Virus record (IMG/VR): IMGVR_UViG_3300036770_008686
Span: 71,790 to 135,789 of that record
Direction: 5' to 3' (one strand)
Source: a virus
DNA length: 64,000 nucleotides
A model generated the notes under the pieces. It did no database searches, was not told the DNA's origin, and saw nothing but the letters and a program-made list of their open reading frames with translations. The translations under genes and the position numbers were made by a program. Position 1 is the first letter of the stretch. Every line of letters starts with the position of its first letter. This document shows, piece by piece, positions 36,021 through 44,244 of this stretch.

Positions 36021-37008
36021 TTTTTAAACTCTCTATTAATTTAAGAAACTTTATTGCATTTTGCATACCAACCATTTTATACAACGAATTCGCTATTTCA
36101 AGGGCCCTACCTGTATTATCAGTGTCAACTCTAGGGGAACTCATAGTTTTAGGCATTAGCGAATGTTCGCTATTCACCAAAACATACTTTCCGCTACCAT
36201 GAGATTGTATTAAATGATCATGAATAAGCTTCTCAGAGTAAGACCAGTTTTGTATGGCTTTTTTGATCTTCTTAGAATCAACATCCGGGTATTCTTTGGA
36301 AACATCATTTAAAGAAAACTTTAGCTTTTTAGAATTAATTCTTTTCAATATAAAGTTACTTGCACAAGCTGACACAACCTTTTTATTGCCATTGGTGTGT
36401 GCAGAGTATAATTTTTCTGTTTTTGAAACACTATTATTCTTCATCATCTTTTTAAGACAATCATTAAATTGGTTTATAGTAAATTCTGTACTATGCGTTG
36501 TGTTGTAGGATAGTGCTAATTGCTCTACACTAAAATCTTTATTAGAAAAATTCTTATTTATGTGTTCACCAAGATTCTTGAGTGACAACCTGGATTCTCT
36601 TTTCTTTTTAGTAAATTTAAGGCTGCTAATAGCTCTGGATACAACTGCGTTGTGACACCCAACTTGCTGAGCAATTTCTTTGTTCGTTAAGTTTTTGTTC
36701 TTTAAATAAAGATCTCTACACATCTCAGTCTTTGTCTTTGTTTTAGCTTTTGTTTTAATAGATTTCACGAGAGTCTCCTTCTTTGAAGTAAGTTTTTCTA
36801 GTTTAGAACTATCGACAATTTTAGCTTTGTTTTCAACTAAGTAATCATATACAAATTTGGGATCATTTTTCATTTGTTTGATAAGATCACCGGCATCTTT
36901 TATAGATAAAGATGGCTCGCAATCTCTTATATCCAAACCAAGATAATGGTATATGTATCTGTTTTGTTTAAAAGTAGAAGGTCTTTCTTCAACAACATTA
37001 TGTAACAT
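36013..37008 (-). CDS. Lys-rich putative DNA-binding protein with HTH
   Basis: TNKEIAQQVGCHNAVVSRAI; RBS AAGGAG before the ATG at 37008. Confidence 0.65.
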   Translation of the reverse strand: MLHNVVEERPSTFKQNRYIYHYLGLDIRDCEPSLSIKDAGDLIKQMKNDPKFVYDYLVENKAKIVDSSKLEKLTSKKETLVKSIKTKAKTKTKTEMCRDLYLKNKNLTNKEIAQQVGCHNAVVSRAISSLKFTKKKRESRLSLKNLGEHINKNFSNKDFSVEQLALSYNTTHSTEFTINQFNDCLKKMMKNNSVSKTEKLYSAHTNGNKKVVSACASNFILKRINSKKLKFSLNDVSKEYPDVDSKKIKKAIQNWSYSEKLIHDHLIQSHGSGKYVLVNSEHSLMPKTMSSPRVDTDNTGRALEIANSLYKMVGMQNAIKFLKLIESLKNE

Positions 37009-37027
37009 AAAGTATCTCCTTATAAGT

Positions 37028-37068
37028 AAGAACTGCCAATGGCTCAAAGCGAGCCATTGGCAGTTCTT
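37028..37068 (-). terminator. intrinsic terminator or hairpin
   Basis: perfect 18-bp inverted repeat aagaactgccaatggctc/gagccattggcagttctt. Confidence 0.8.
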
Positions 37069-37072
37069 GAAA

Positions 37073-37396
37073 TCAAGAAAGTTTTTCTAGAGTAGAAATG
37101 GCATCCAATATTTCATCTTTTCCATACTTGTCGCAAATCTTCTTTACTTCTAAAAGAATAGATATATCAAAGCCTTTAGAAGAAGAAGACTTTATCCTTT
37201 TTTTCTTAGCAGAAAAAGAAACCTCTGCTTTGGTTGATCTATTTTTTTTGTTAAAATTACTTTTAACAACACTTGCGAAGCCTTTAGTAACATCTATACC
37301 TTTTTCTTTGAGAATGGTAGAAATTTCTAAAGGCATCAAGTTAGGATTATCCTTAAGAAGATCTTTAATAGCCTGCGTCTTGTTCAATTCAGCCAT
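37073..37396 (-). CDS. small basic nucleoid-type protein (Planctomycete-like)
   Basis: NKTQAIKDLLKDNPN..EI..ILKEKGIDV....SVVKS..; C-terminal LLEVKKICDKYG..AISTLEKL. Confidence 0.7.
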   Translation of the reverse strand: MAELNKTQAIKDLLKDNPNLMPLEISTILKEKGIDVTKGFASVVKSNFNKKNRSTKAEVSFSAKKKRIKSSSSKGFDISILLEVKKICDKYGKDEILDAISTLEKLS

Positions 37397-37422
37397 TTTT
37401 CACCTTTCTAATAAAGTAAGAA

Positions 37423-38220
37423 CTAAACCAACTCAGTATGTTTTTCAAAAACATACTTATTTTCACCCAAAGCTTGAATAAAGTCAGAGCCAAGATTTAC
37501 ACATTCATTAGTGTGCTCTTCAACCACAAACTCATCAGAACAATGCTGATTGTAGTAGCCTGCGGGTAGTACAGCACAACAAAAATTAAAGTTTTTTCTT
37601 ATTTGAACCACATCTGTAAATGGGTCTAAAGAAATGTTGTCTATATCGTAGCTACGAAGAACATTCTTTATTTTTTGAAAAAACTCTTTACTCCAAAGCT
37701 CCACTCCAGAACACGAATAACTAAACCAGTTGTTAGTTGGAGCATCAAACTGAAGAACGTATCCTACATCTTCAAAAAAACTTTTTAGTAAATTCTTTGA
37801 ACCAACCATCCCGCATTCTTCTTCAACAAAAAAAGCAACCTTAATATTATCGAACTTCTCAAGCAGTTTTAAGCAAATATAAACACCACACTTATCGTCA
37901 CCGCCGATGCCTGTTTTTAATTTACTGACTGGGTCTATAGCAGTTAGGTGAGTTAAACCGTCGCCATCTAATCTTTCAACTATAGATAGGTTTAAATTTA
38001 AATCTACTAAATAATCCTGATCCTTGTGGACGGTATCCATGTGTGCAACAACACATGGATAATGCTCAGCTTTGCCTTTCGTTATATAAATATTATTTTT
38101 AAAGTCTTTTCTATAGGTATATGAATTTTCTACACAAAAATTTTGTATAAATTCAACCATCAAGTCTTCTCTAGAAGAGAAACTTGGTATCGAAAGAATT
38201 TTTCTTAATAAGTTATACAA
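37423..38220 (-). CDS. M20/M28-family zinc peptidase
   Basis: VAHMDTVH, GIGGDDKCG, FFVEEECG, QFD, GYYNQH. Confidence 0.9.
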   Translation of the reverse strand: MYNLLRKILSIPSFSSREDLMVEFIQNFCVENSYTYRKDFKNNIYITKGKAEHYPCVVAHMDTVHKDQDYLVDLNLNLSIVERLDGDGLTHLTAIDPVSKLKTGIGGDDKCGVYICLKLLEKFDNIKVAFFVEEECGMVGSKNLLKSFFEDVGYVLQFDAPTNNWFSYSCSGVELWSKEFFQKIKNVLRSYDIDNISLDPFTDVVQIRKNFNFCCAVLPAGYYNQHCSDEFVVEEHTNECVNLGSDFIQALGENKYVFEKHTELV

Positions 38221-38223
38221 CTT

Positions 38224-38394
38224 TTATTCCAGACATATATCTTTTATACTTATCTCTTGAACAAACAAATCACCTTCGTGAACAACTTTTCTGCTTTTCT
38301 TTTTACTTTCACTCCATGTAGACCTTATAAGGCTGCATTGGCTTTCAATTTCTTCTAATGAAGGCAAATAGGCATCTTCTTCTTTGTCATCCAT
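38224..38394 (-). CDS. 56-aa ORF missing from the ORF track
   Basis: RBS AAAGGAG; MDDKEEDAYLPSLEEIESQCSLIRSTWSESKKKSRKV...; TAA at 38224. Confidence 0.7.
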   Translation of the reverse strand: MDDKEEDAYLPSLEEIESQCSLIRSTWSESKKKSRKVVHEGDLFVQEISIKDICLE

Positions 38395-38412
38395 GACATG
38401 AACTCCTTTGTT

Positions 38413-39138
38413 TTAAAAATCGGAAACTTCATCATCATAATCTTCTTCATCATCTTCGTCTTCGTCTTCGTCTTCGTCTTCGTCTTCTTCGTAATCATCT
38501 TCCTCATCATCTAAAAACTCATCATTTTCGTCATCTTCATCTTCATCTTCATCTTCATCTTCATCGTCTTCTAAGTCCTCATCCTCATCCTCGTCCTCAT
38601 CCTCGTCCTCATCTTCATCTTCATCTTCATCGTCTAAGTCGTATTCTTCATCAATTGATTTTGCTGCTAATGGAGTAGCTTCCTCTTTTGTCTCGAGTTT
38701 ACTTTTGGTGCTCTTGCCCAAAACCTTTGAAAGTGTAGCAACGCTCAAAGTATTGTCGCCCTTAAAAGTAATTTTAGTAGTACCAAAACAAATTCCCTCT
38801 CTATTGAGATGCTCCACAGCAGCATCTATTCCTACAGAATCAACAAGGGATTCAATTGCAGACACAGCTTGAGGCATGCTAATCCAAATAGGTTTTGAAT
38901 CGGTTTTAGGTCTACCTTTGGATATTTGAAATCCTATATCCTTCAATATTGATGTCAAGGTTGGTATGCTAATTTTGTCAATTTTAGCCACTTTTTCACC
39001 AACTTTAAGACCCTCAGTCTGGAGTTTTTCGGAAATTAAACCAACCTTTTTAAGGTCGGCGGCCATTTCCAGCAGACTCTTTCTAGCATCGGAGTTCTCT
39101 TTGGCCAATAGCTTCAACATGTGAGTTTTACGACCCAT
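38413..39138 (-). CDS. hypothetical protein with a ~79-aa Asp/Glu C-terminal tail
   Basis: ORF track; basic N-terminus MGRKTH, KGRPK; acidic tail at 38416-38652. Confidence 0.8.
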   Translation of the reverse strand: MGRKTHMLKLLAKENSDARKSLLEMAADLKKVGLISEKLQTEGLKVGEKVAKIDKISIPTLTSILKDIGFQISKGRPKTDSKPIWISMPQAVSAIESLVDSVGIDAAVEHLNREGICFGTTKITFKGDNTLSVATLSKVLGKSTKSKLETKEEATPLAAKSIDEEYDLDDEDEDEDEDEDEDEDEDEDLEDDEDEDEDEDEDDENDEFLDDEEDDYEEDEDEDEDEDEDDEEDYDDEVSDF

Positions 39139-39179
39139 TTGTAAATTCCTTTCAAATTAAAAGTCAAAAGATCAGATTC

Positions 39180-39211
39180 CAAGAATATATCCAAAAAAAA
39201 AGTATTGTCAA
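39180..39211 (-). promoter_or_regulatory. sigma70-like promoter
   Basis: minus-strand TTGACA-16-TATATT upstream of the ATG at 39138. Confidence 0.45.
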
Positions 39212-39270
39212 GAAAAAATTTTTTCTCTTTAGTTCGTGCAAAAACAATAAAGAGACGAACGATCCAGAAA

Positions 39271-39277
39271 CGTACCG
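39271..39277 (-). promoter_or_regulatory. CGGTACG motif, copy 6
   Basis: intergenic, upstream of the TTGACA promoter. Confidence 0.6.
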
Positions 39278-39306
39278 CAGATTTTTTTGTATTTTTTATT
39301 AAATTT

Positions 39307-39564
39307 TTAGAAAATTATTTCAACTACTAATTCAGTGGTTCCCTTTATAACTCTGTGCCATTCGCCCGCCTTAATAAAAAATTTTTTATTTATTTTTTCA
39401 GGCAACTGGTTGTCTCTCTGGATCATCCAATCATTAGTTCCAATTGGTATTATCGTTCTATCTTCTAGGTCATAATGCCACTTAAGGTCATCATCTTCTA
39501 AACTTGGATTAAATTTTCTTACTAACTTACTTCCATAATTTATTTGTTTAAAAGGCAAATTCAT
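39307..39564 (-). CDS. small cupin-like conserved phage protein
   Basis: LKWHYDLEDR, WMIQRDNQLP, GEWHRVIKG. Confidence 0.7.
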   Translation of the reverse strand: MNLPFKQINYGSKLVRKFNPSLEDDDLKWHYDLEDRTIIPIGTNDWMIQRDNQLPEKINKKFFIKAGEWHRVIKGTTELVVEIIF

Positions 39565-39569
39565 TTGGA

Positions 39570-40127
39570 TTACCAAGGTCTAGAAGATGTTAAACCGAGT
39601 TTTTTGGCATATCTAGATACATTACAACTCCAGTATCCCGGAGTTGTTCTATCTTTTTTCTCCGAACATTTATGTCTAGCTCTAAAACTTTTTGCTCTTT
39701 TTTTATCATTATTTTTAATTTTTAAATTAGGATCACCAAATCTAACTTTTTTTATTCTACCACTCGGAGTCTTAACATAAACAGCAAACTTTTTATTTTC
39801 TCCAGGCGTTCTAAACGGAGAGTTTAGTCTTTTTGACTTCTTTGACTCAGTTAGATTGTCTTCCAAAATAGGAGAGTCTAAAGGAACAAGCTTGCCCTTG
39901 TAGATTGCCAGTTCACCGATATCAGTTTGTAAAAATTCTTCATCTTCTTTACAAAGAGTCAACTTGCCTTCTAAATATAGCTTTTTGGCTTCACGTATAA
40001 GATCATAGTAAGCCTTACTATGAACCCTAAAAACATTATCGTATATTGGTATTTTATTTTCTATGTGAAATTTTAAATTTTTGCTAATTTTTTTTTCTAT
40101 TTTAGTGTTTAAATCATAAAAATTCAT
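39570..40127 (-). CDS. conserved large-phage hypothetical protein
   Basis: KKFAVYVK..KKVRFGDP..SFRARHKC..GYWSC. Confidence 0.75.
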   Translation of the reverse strand: MNFYDLNTKIEKKISKNLKFHIENKIPIYDNVFRVHSKAYYDLIREAKKLYLEGKLTLCKEDEEFLQTDIGELAIYKGKLVPLDSPILEDNLTESKKSKRLNSPFRTPGENKKFAVYVKTPSGRIKKVRFGDPNLKIKNNDKKRAKSFRARHKCSEKKDRTTPGYWSCNVSRYAKKLGLTSSRPW

Positions 40128-40176
40128 AACAAAAGTATATATATTGTGTATTGTTTTTTTTAAAAAGGAAAAAATT

Positions 40177-40398
40177 ATGGCAGACTATTCATTAAAATTA
40201 ACACCATCGATTAGAAATATGGACTCAGAAGGAAGTCTTGATACAAGCATATTGAATGGAGAAAGCATTCAAAGAACTGTAAATCTACTAGAAGTTGTTG
40301 ACGATTCAGGAAATAAAAAAGTAATAGGAGTTGTTAAAGACGGACAACCATTCGATGATGTTGTAGAAGTAGTCGAAGATCAAGATAGCGATAATTAA
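40177..40398 (+). CDS. hypothetical protein, SIQRT paralog family
   Basis: RBS AAGGA; EGSLDTSILNGESIQRTV. Confidence 0.75.
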   Translation: MADYSLKLTPSIRNMDSEGSLDTSILNGESIQRTVNLLEVVDDSGNKKVIGVVKDGQPFDDVVEVVEDQDSDN

Positions 40399-40415
40399 TC
40401 TAATTATATAAAATT

Positions 40416-40451
40416 AAAAAAGGGACGGGGAGTAATCCCCGTCCCTTTTTA
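40416..40451. terminator. bidirectional intrinsic terminator
   Basis: aaaaaagggacgggga/tccccgtccctttttt between convergent genes. Confidence 0.85.
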
Positions 40452-40469
40452 TTTCAAAAAACAACAAAA

Positions 40470-40820
40470 TTACTTTGTGTACTCTTCTTCAAATTTAGAA
40501 TAATATTCTTCATCTTTGAAGCTTTTGTTTTTATACTCACTCTCCAGCTTATTAAAGTCTCTGGACTTGGAGTAATCTTTGTAGAACTTTGGTTTTTGCA
40601 AATCTTCCAATCTAGATAAAAGAGCAAAGAGTGGAGGAGGTATGTTTTTACCACTCCTTTCAAGGTAATCCTCAGAGTTTTGAAGAGCATAGGCTATAAT
40701 TTTAGCCATCTCTTGGTTAAAACTGAGGTTAAACTCACTTTGAAACTTATTCAGCTGAAAGGCTGGCGTCCTTTCTCTGTTATGGGTCGAATAAGCAGCG
40801 TCATCATTCTCTCTAATCAT
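40470..40820 (-). CDS. hypothetical protein
   Basis: ORF track, 116 aa. Confidence 0.7.
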   Translation of the reverse strand: MIRENDDAAYSTHNRERTPAFQLNKFQSEFNLSFNQEMAKIIAYALQNSEDYLERSGKNIPPPLFALLSRLEDLQKPKFYKDYSKSRDFNKLESEYKNKSFKDEEYYSKFEEEYTK

Positions 40821-40950
40821 ATAAAAAACCTTTCATTAAAACAATAATCCATAAAAATTTATTGCTAACCTCCCTAAAAGCAAAAACCAAAAAAATCAAC
40901 CAAAATCAAAAACAAACACCAACAAAGTATAGAGTGAAAAACAAAAATTG

Positions 40951-41202
40951 TCAAATTTTTGCCTCTTGCTCCATCCAAATTTCAACTATTTCCCCTACGT
41001 AACCAAGATTTTTTGCAAATCTTGTGAGATTAGAATAGGTTATTTTTCCATTGTCACCTGTCCACCTTTCGCAATAGTCAAATATCTCCTGGTCGTCATC
41101 GTGCCTCAGTCCATGAAAAAGAAGAGCCATAGTAGCCAAAGCAACCTTTGGTGATAAGTTGTCTCTTTTACAAGTGTTAATTGTTTCTAAAATTTTTGAC
41201 AT
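40951..41202 (-). CDS. hypothetical protein
   Basis: RBS AGGAGG before MSKIL. Confidence 0.7.
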   Translation of the reverse strand: MSKILETINTCKRDNLSPKVALATMALLFHGLRHDDDQEIFDYCERWTGDNGKITYSNLTRFAKNLGYVGEIVEIWMEQEAKI

Positions 41203-41242
41203 TCGCAATCCTCCTAGCCAAGAGGATAACGAATTACCAATC

Positions 41243-42316
41243 CTAGGTCAAAGATGACTCTAAAATTTTTCTTTTCAAAAGTTCTTCTTTTCCGTAATCT
41301 GTAATTTTTAACCCACCCCTAGTAACTGCTATAAGCGGAGGATGATGTTCGCTTCCGCAAATAAGAGGAGGCAAAACATACTTTTCTATTTCTTCCATTT
41401 TTTTACCCAGCAAATGTTCTAATCTTTTTGAAGCAACTTTGCCATTGTCAAATAAAAACTTCAAAACTTTAACGCTAATCTCTGTCATTCCATACTCATC
41501 TATACCTTCACTCTCTGCCACTTCTTGTGCAACTTGTTCCCACGATTTATCCTGATACATGTTCTTGTATAAAATCATATATCTTGAAAACTCTAATGCT
41601 TTTCTTGGAATCATAGGATTATATTTGGCAACCAAATCACAAACATGATCCGGCAGTTCGGGGTGGTTGATTTTGACCACTTTACTTATTTCTTTTTTTG
41701 TTAAATAGCCCAATTCTATATTGCTAAATCTACTTTTAAATGCATCAAAAACTTTTCCTATATCAGTTGTAGCAATTATCCAACAAACTTTTTTACAATT
41801 AACCTTGTAGCCAGATTCCGTGACGAGCATAGCGTCATTTTTTTCTGTGGCCTTGAGTAAGCCTTGAATTATGTTGTTTTTAAGAGCGTGAACCTCGTCT
41901 ATAAAAATAATTGATGCAGGTAGTTTATAAAGCATATTACCTACAGGCTTTAAAGGAATATCTTGTTCTCTGAGGGAAGTATAGACCTTATAAAAGAAGT
42001 CATCTATGTTTTTAATGCTTCTCGGACTTATTTCTACAAGAGGAAGGCTCAAAGTTTTAGCAAACAGTTTAACTAAAGTAGTTTTACCAGCACTAGGTGG
42101 GCCGACAAGAGAAAAATATATTTCATTGCAAATATGATTGTCTTTTTGAAGGGCGTTATACGCCACAACACAAAGTTTTTTTATGGCTTTTCTATTTCCA
42201 ACAAACTTGTTGAAAGGAGAAATTACATTATCAGGATCTACTAGATCTGAAAACCTTTTCAAATCTTGATCATTCAACTCTCGATTAAAAAATATTCTTT
42301 CTAATTGACTTTCCAA
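41243..42316 (-). CDS. ruvB: RuvB-like Holliday-junction branch-migration AAA+ ATPase
   Basis: GPPSAGKTT, IFIDEVHAL, IATTDIG..DAFKSRF, PRKA, GIDEYGM, EKYVLPPLI..LIAVTRGG. Confidence 0.8.
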   Translation of the reverse strand: MESQLERIFFNRELNDQDLKRFSDLVDPDNVISPFNKFVGNRKAIKKLCVVAYNALQKDNHICNEIYFSLVGPPSAGKTTLVKLFAKTLSLPLVEISPRSIKNIDDFFYKVYTSLREQDIPLKPVGNMLYKLPASIIFIDEVHALKNNIIQGLLKATEKNDAMLVTESGYKVNCKKVCWIIATTDIGKVFDAFKSRFSNIELGYLTKKEISKVVKINHPELPDHVCDLVAKYNPMIPRKALEFSRYMILYKNMYQDKSWEQVAQEVAESEGIDEYGMTEISVKVLKFLFDNGKVASKRLEHLLGKKMEEIEKYVLPPLICGSEHHPPLIAVTRGGLKITDYGKEELLKRKILESSLT

Positions 42317-42348
42317 TTTATTTCCCTTTATAAGAAAAAAGAAAAAAC

Positions 42349-43356
42349 TTATTCATCTTTATATGTAAAATAATCAGGCCTAACCAAATCCCATATAATA
42401 TCTTCATAAGGCTTATCATCATATAACTTGAAAAGAACGCTTGAAAATTTATATTTTTTAGCTTTTATTGCAAATTCTTTTCTGTCCTTGGACAGAATAT
42501 TTTTATAAACTTTTTTACAATCTTGATCTATTTCTGAGTAATTTTTAAGTATGGATAATTTTGTTTTTTTAATCCAAGAAAAAATTTCATCCGGAACTCC
42601 TTCCAATACTAGGTCAGAACCGGACTTGAGGCAAGCCCAAATATCTCTGGAGCTGAGGCCGAACAAGACCTTGTGGATTCTAACATACTCTTCAAGCTTT
42701 ATTTTAAACCTGTAGCCATCGTCAAACTTAACCACATATCCTTCAAAATTTTTAATATCTGTTTTTAATTCATCTATAGAGTTACAGTCTATTTTTTTAC
42801 AAGTTTCAAATCCAAAATAATTATCGTGTATGTCTATTTCTTTTCCAGTTGCAGTCTCTATGGCCGATAAAAGAATAAGATCCTCTTTTTTGCCGTAGTT
42901 AACAACTATTGTATTTTCTGGGTATATTATTTCAAATAAATAGGTCAAACTTTGATCTAAATTTAGATTTTTACTTTCTAATATTTTATTAGCTCTAATA
43001 GATTGTTCGCTTTCAAAACTACCCCGAGTTGCTATAAAAGGCTTATTTCTTATAAAATAAGATATACCTAAACTTCCATCTATTTTTTCATATACTGTGT
43101 ATTTTTGTTTAAGCAGCAAAGAGTCAACTTGACTTTTTACTTCTGAATAATTAAAAAATTTTTTAAAACACCGACCGACGATTTGATAATCTTTGTTGAC
43201 TATTAATCCTCTGCAATTGGTAGTAATTTCATTCCAAAAGCATTCATATTGAGTTTTTGGTGTATAGTTTAAAATGTAAAGATCTTCTTGTGGGTGTTTA
43301 TTTTTTTTAATAAACCCATTTTTTAACATTTCTTCTACTAAACAAGAATCAATCAT
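42349..43356 (-). CDS. T4 Rnl1-like RNA ligase
   Basis: EKIDGSLG (motif I), IATRGSF, YLFEII, EGYVV, RFKIK. Confidence 0.9.
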   Translation of the reverse strand: MIDSCLVEEMLKNGFIKKNKHPQEDLYILNYTPKTQYECFWNEITTNCRGLIVNKDYQIVGRCFKKFFNYSEVKSQVDSLLLKQKYTVYEKIDGSLGISYFIRNKPFIATRGSFESEQSIRANKILESKNLNLDQSLTYLFEIIYPENTIVVNYGKKEDLILLSAIETATGKEIDIHDNYFGFETCKKIDCNSIDELKTDIKNFEGYVVKFDDGYRFKIKLEEYVRIHKVLFGLSSRDIWACLKSGSDLVLEGVPDEIFSWIKKTKLSILKNYSEIDQDCKKVYKNILSKDRKEFAIKAKKYKFSSVLFKLYDDKPYEDIIWDLVRPDYFTYKDE

Positions 43357-43369
43357 GCTCTAATACTTA

Positions 43370-44062
43370 CTAAAAAGAATTTAGAGTTTCTTTATTGTGA
43401 TGATCAAAAGAGATAACCTCTCCCTTTGAATGCATAATCATTTTTAATTCTGTAAAATTGATAGGGCAAGGATTTTTCTCAACACTAACTTCATAGATCC
43501 TAGCGTTGCTTTCCAAGTATCTTCTACCCAAATCAGAAAAATCAAGGTTTCCGTGAACATGGCTAAAAACATGCCACGCACCCTTACCTTGTCCATTGAA
43601 ACTAAGAACCGGGTAATGGCTAAGAACAATACTTTGGTCATTTATCTTAGCTTCAAATAAGTTAGGACAAAAAATTATCTTTTTGTTCCAATCTAAATAG
43701 TAATTTCCATCACAATCGGTATAGTTTTCAAGAAAAAAATTAAAACCAGCAAAATGGTTGCCACTACAAACATACATTTCTTTAAATGTATGTCTTTTCA
43801 TTAAGGATAAAAACTCTTCTGCTCCGCCTCTTCCAAACATTATATCGCCAAGCAAAAAACCTATAGTGTTTTCATTTGCACGTTTATTCCAGTTTCCAAT
43901 AAGACCTTCTTTAGCATCCACCGCAGAAGAGTAACCTCTTTTCTTCCAAATGGGCTCATCCCAAGAAGGATCATGGTTGTAATGAGTGCAACCCCAAAAA
44001 AGAATATCCTCAGGTTTTGCTTTTATTTCAAATGGTCTAAAAAGTTTGCTTTTCAAGTTCAT
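43370..44062 (-). CDS. calcineurin-like metallophosphoesterase
   Basis: GCTHYNH, LLGDIM, GNH, LSHYP, SHVHG. Confidence 0.85.
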   Translation of the reverse strand: MNLKSKLFRPFEIKAKPEDILFWGCTHYNHDPSWDEPIWKKRGYSSAVDAKEGLIGNWNKRANENTIGFLLGDIMFGRGGAEEFLSLMKRHTFKEMYVCSGNHFAGFNFFLENYTDCDGNYYLDWNKKIIFCPNLFEAKINDQSIVLSHYPVLSFNGQGKGAWHVFSHVHGNLDFSDLGRRYLESNARIYEVSVEKNPCPINFTELKMIMHSKGEVISFDHHNKETLNSF

Positions 44063-44100
44063 AATATGTTATAGAAAAAAATAAAAAATAGTATAAAAAA

Positions 44101-44165
44101 GAATCGGCGGGCGGACCTCACTATAGTAGATCCAAGATTCCTTGAGAAGGGTGGATGGCCGATCC
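44101..44165 (-). ncRNA. candidate structured RNA or leader element
   Basis: GC-rich island; closing stem GGAUCGGC/GCCGAUUC with two inner hairpins, followed by a U-run. Confidence 0.45.
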
Positions 44166-44226
44166 TTTTAAAAATAGAGTTAATCTAGTAAAACTTTGTA
44201 TTTTTGGACACACAACTAGCGTCTCA

Positions 44227-44233
44227 CGTACCG
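44227..44233 (-). promoter_or_regulatory. CGGTACG motif, copy 7
   Basis: intergenic, upstream of the structured element and the phosphoesterase gene. Confidence 0.6.
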
Positions 44234-44244
44234 AAAAAATTTTT

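Noticed and set aside
44101-44165. tRNA gene
   Set aside because: No T-loop TTCRA, no 7-nt anticodon loop, and no cloverleaf spacing
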